64,000 nt of DNA from Octopus sinensis (taxonomy: Eukaryota). The notes beneath the pieces were generated by a model. The model had not been told where the DNA came from, made no database searches, and worked only from the letters and a program-made list of their open reading frames with translations. Positions 61,870 through 64,000 of the stretch are shown here, piece after piece. Made by a program: the position numbers and the translations under genes. Each line of letters starts with the position of its first letter. The first letter of the stretch is position 1. Location of the stretch: the NCBI RefSeq assembly GCF_006345805.1, contig NC_043012.1, forward strand, positions 30,256,001 to 30,320,000, in the 5' to 3' direction.

Positions 61870-62234
61870 AATGTAATAATGAAGTTAAACCAAATAGCGA
61901 TATTTTGAAATTATTTAATACGATTATAAGATAGGAAATGCATCCATTTCGCAAGGCTTTCCTCGATAATTTTGCCAAATAGATGCATTAAAAAATATAT
62001 ATATATATTAACGCATATCTGAAACGCACATATTAAACGATTTCAAAATATCCCTTTTTTTGCGATAGAAAGATCACCACACACAAGCGCCATCTATATT
62101 GAACTGCACAAACGCCTCACAAAATCTGAACTGAGTCCATAGACAAAAAACAAAGAAAACAACGGAGAAAAGGGGTCACACCGATCGTATCCCTTTCATC
62201 AGTACAAAAAATATTTTCAATGTGACAACACTAC

Positions 62235-62810
62235 TGGATTGTGGGTGAAACTCAAGCTTTGTTGGGGGTTGATAAGTCAGGTGAGTTGTTGGGGCATGCA
62301 CCGTTGCAGCGCGTCACAGCATTCACCACTTGTCGGTATATTCCCGGGTCCTCTCAGGCGACCCGTCCCATTTATTTCGTATCTCCGCAAGATACCAGCT
62401 TATCTGTTGAGTCGCCAACCCAACTGGATCTGCAGTGAAGAGAACACGATCAGCAGAGTAGAACTCGGAAAATCGATCATCAAGGCCAAACTATCTGAGC
62501 CGGCGCTCCCGAAACATGCAAATAACAGGACATATTCCAGTTGCTAAGTAAAGTCATTAGTTGGGTACGAAATCCGACCAACGGCATCTCATAATCCTGC
62601 AAAGCATCCTGGCGGCAAAGGATTTCAGGCAGCTGCTAAGCGTCTCAAACAGTGTCCAGGACTCTCAACTATAGAGGAGGACAGGGAGAACCAGAAACCT
62701 AAACACCTAGTTGATAGGGTTTCGAGTATTTGTCTGGCTCTAAAAAGAAAGGCCAGTTTTTGAAATACGGTTTTTGCTATGTTGAAGCTATACAATGATG
62801 AAATCATTTC
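62235..62810 (-). mobile_element. Decayed RTE-clade LINE 3' portion
   Basis: Minus: VFRFLVLPVLLYS*ESWTL...F..RMLCRIMRCRWSDFVPN...RERRLR*FG, typical of the RTE ORF C-terminus (LLYGSETWTL, RW.D.V.N, R.LRWFGH). Confidence 0.8.
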
Positions 62811-63309
62811 TTTGAAAGCATCTTGAGGCTTCTGGTTGCGTGTTATTTGACCGGAAGGAGATGCGATACGTTTGGAGTGATTGTGTCTTTGGGTTGATGA
62901 GATTGGCGTGACCCGTTTATATGGTTTGCTTTTTTTAGGTTCTTATTGGTGGACTCAACAGAGATTCAGCGCGATGTGTTTGTGTGGCTGTTTGTGGGTG
63001 GCACTCGGGTATCATAGTACCCGAGGGAGAATACTCGGGCTGTGGGACATTTTAAAATGGAAGTTGCCTTTATTTGATTGACAAGTGTGGAGGGAGTGTG
63101 TGTGTGTGTGCGTGCGTGTGCGTGTAGTCTTTAAAAATTATTTTGACTTTATTTTATGATAATGAAATTGTGTGAGCCTGCTTGGGGTGGGGTGCGTGTG
63201 TGGGTGGAGAAGTTGATGTCATACGATAAATATTTATTTCTTTGATTAGAAAAAGAAACTGTGATTGATAAGTTTGTCACTGAGCCGACATTAAGGTTTG
63301 TCTTGTGAA

Positions 63310-63438
63310 AATGAATTTCATTGAAGCATAAAGATTCTTATAAATATAGATCATACTGAGGTATGGGGGTCTTCAACGACTGGATCCCATAACTTGATCT
63401 ATATTTACAAGAAACTTCAAGCTCCAATGAACTTCATT
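63310..63438. repeat. Imperfect palindrome (MITE-like)
   Basis: AATGAATTTCATTGAAGC..TAAATATAGATCA versus TGATCTATATTTA..GCTCCAATGAACTTCATT. Confidence 0.7.
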
Positions 63439-64000
63439 ATCACAGTCATACCTGTTCAATTACCATACCGCTAACCCACCCACACTCACACAACCCAGAC
63501 AACTGATGACAAATGAAACTTATTAATGTTCGTGTTTCTCTTGTCAAAAATATAAAAAAACAGATATTTATCTTTACGTATCCCGCGCCCCCCCCCCCGC
63601 ACCAAACTAATTCATACAAAATCATTGACATGAAAAGCATTTTTAAAAAGCAAAAGAAAATAGGCCCCCAAAACCGGTCAAAAGGACTACTCACCCCCGC
63701 CCCCAGACATACTCTTCACAACATCCATTTTGAGAAATATCACAGTCTGAAGATTCCTGCACCAGAGAAAACTACTTGTGACGGTGGGTCGTTGAGCTTT
63801 TTGATTTCAGTAGTAGACATACATACATACGTACATACATACTAGATACATACATGCATGCATACATACATACATACATACATACATACTACATACATGC
63901 ATACACATACATACATGCATGCATACATCATACATACATACGTACATACATGCATCATGCACCATCACATACATACATACATACATACATACATACATAC

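Overview
Eukaryotic, AT-rich, extremely microsatellite-rich window with one 100-N gap (28481-28580). The SINE families and repeat landscape point to an Octopus/coleoid cephalopod genome (inference from recalled repeat sequences, not a database hit). No host protein-coding gene can be assigned; most ORF-track entries are translated microsatellites. The window is mostly transposon-derived: (1) a near full-length CR1/L2-like LINE on the minus strand (~46466-51347) whose ORF1 combines a Myb/SANT-like domain with four CCCH zinc fingers, plus an old relative at ~480-3740; (2) a ~5.3-kb palindrome made of two interleaved copies of a GIY-YIG Penelope-like element (30589-35948), broken exactly where the RT catalytic YRDD motif should be; (3) Dong/R4, HERO-like, Tx1/L1, RTE, Gypsy, mariner and Helitron fragments, including a 100-bp minisatellite made from Helitron helicase coding sequence; (4) many SINEs; (5) several hammerhead-ribozyme motifs, repeatedly arranged as divergent pairs around inverted repeats. 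There is a candidate YY1+ETS promoter at ~36.9 kb and a few candidate small exons. Many single-base indels suggest long-read consensus errors, so some frameshifts and foldbacks may be artefacts. Boundaries of degenerate elements are approximate.
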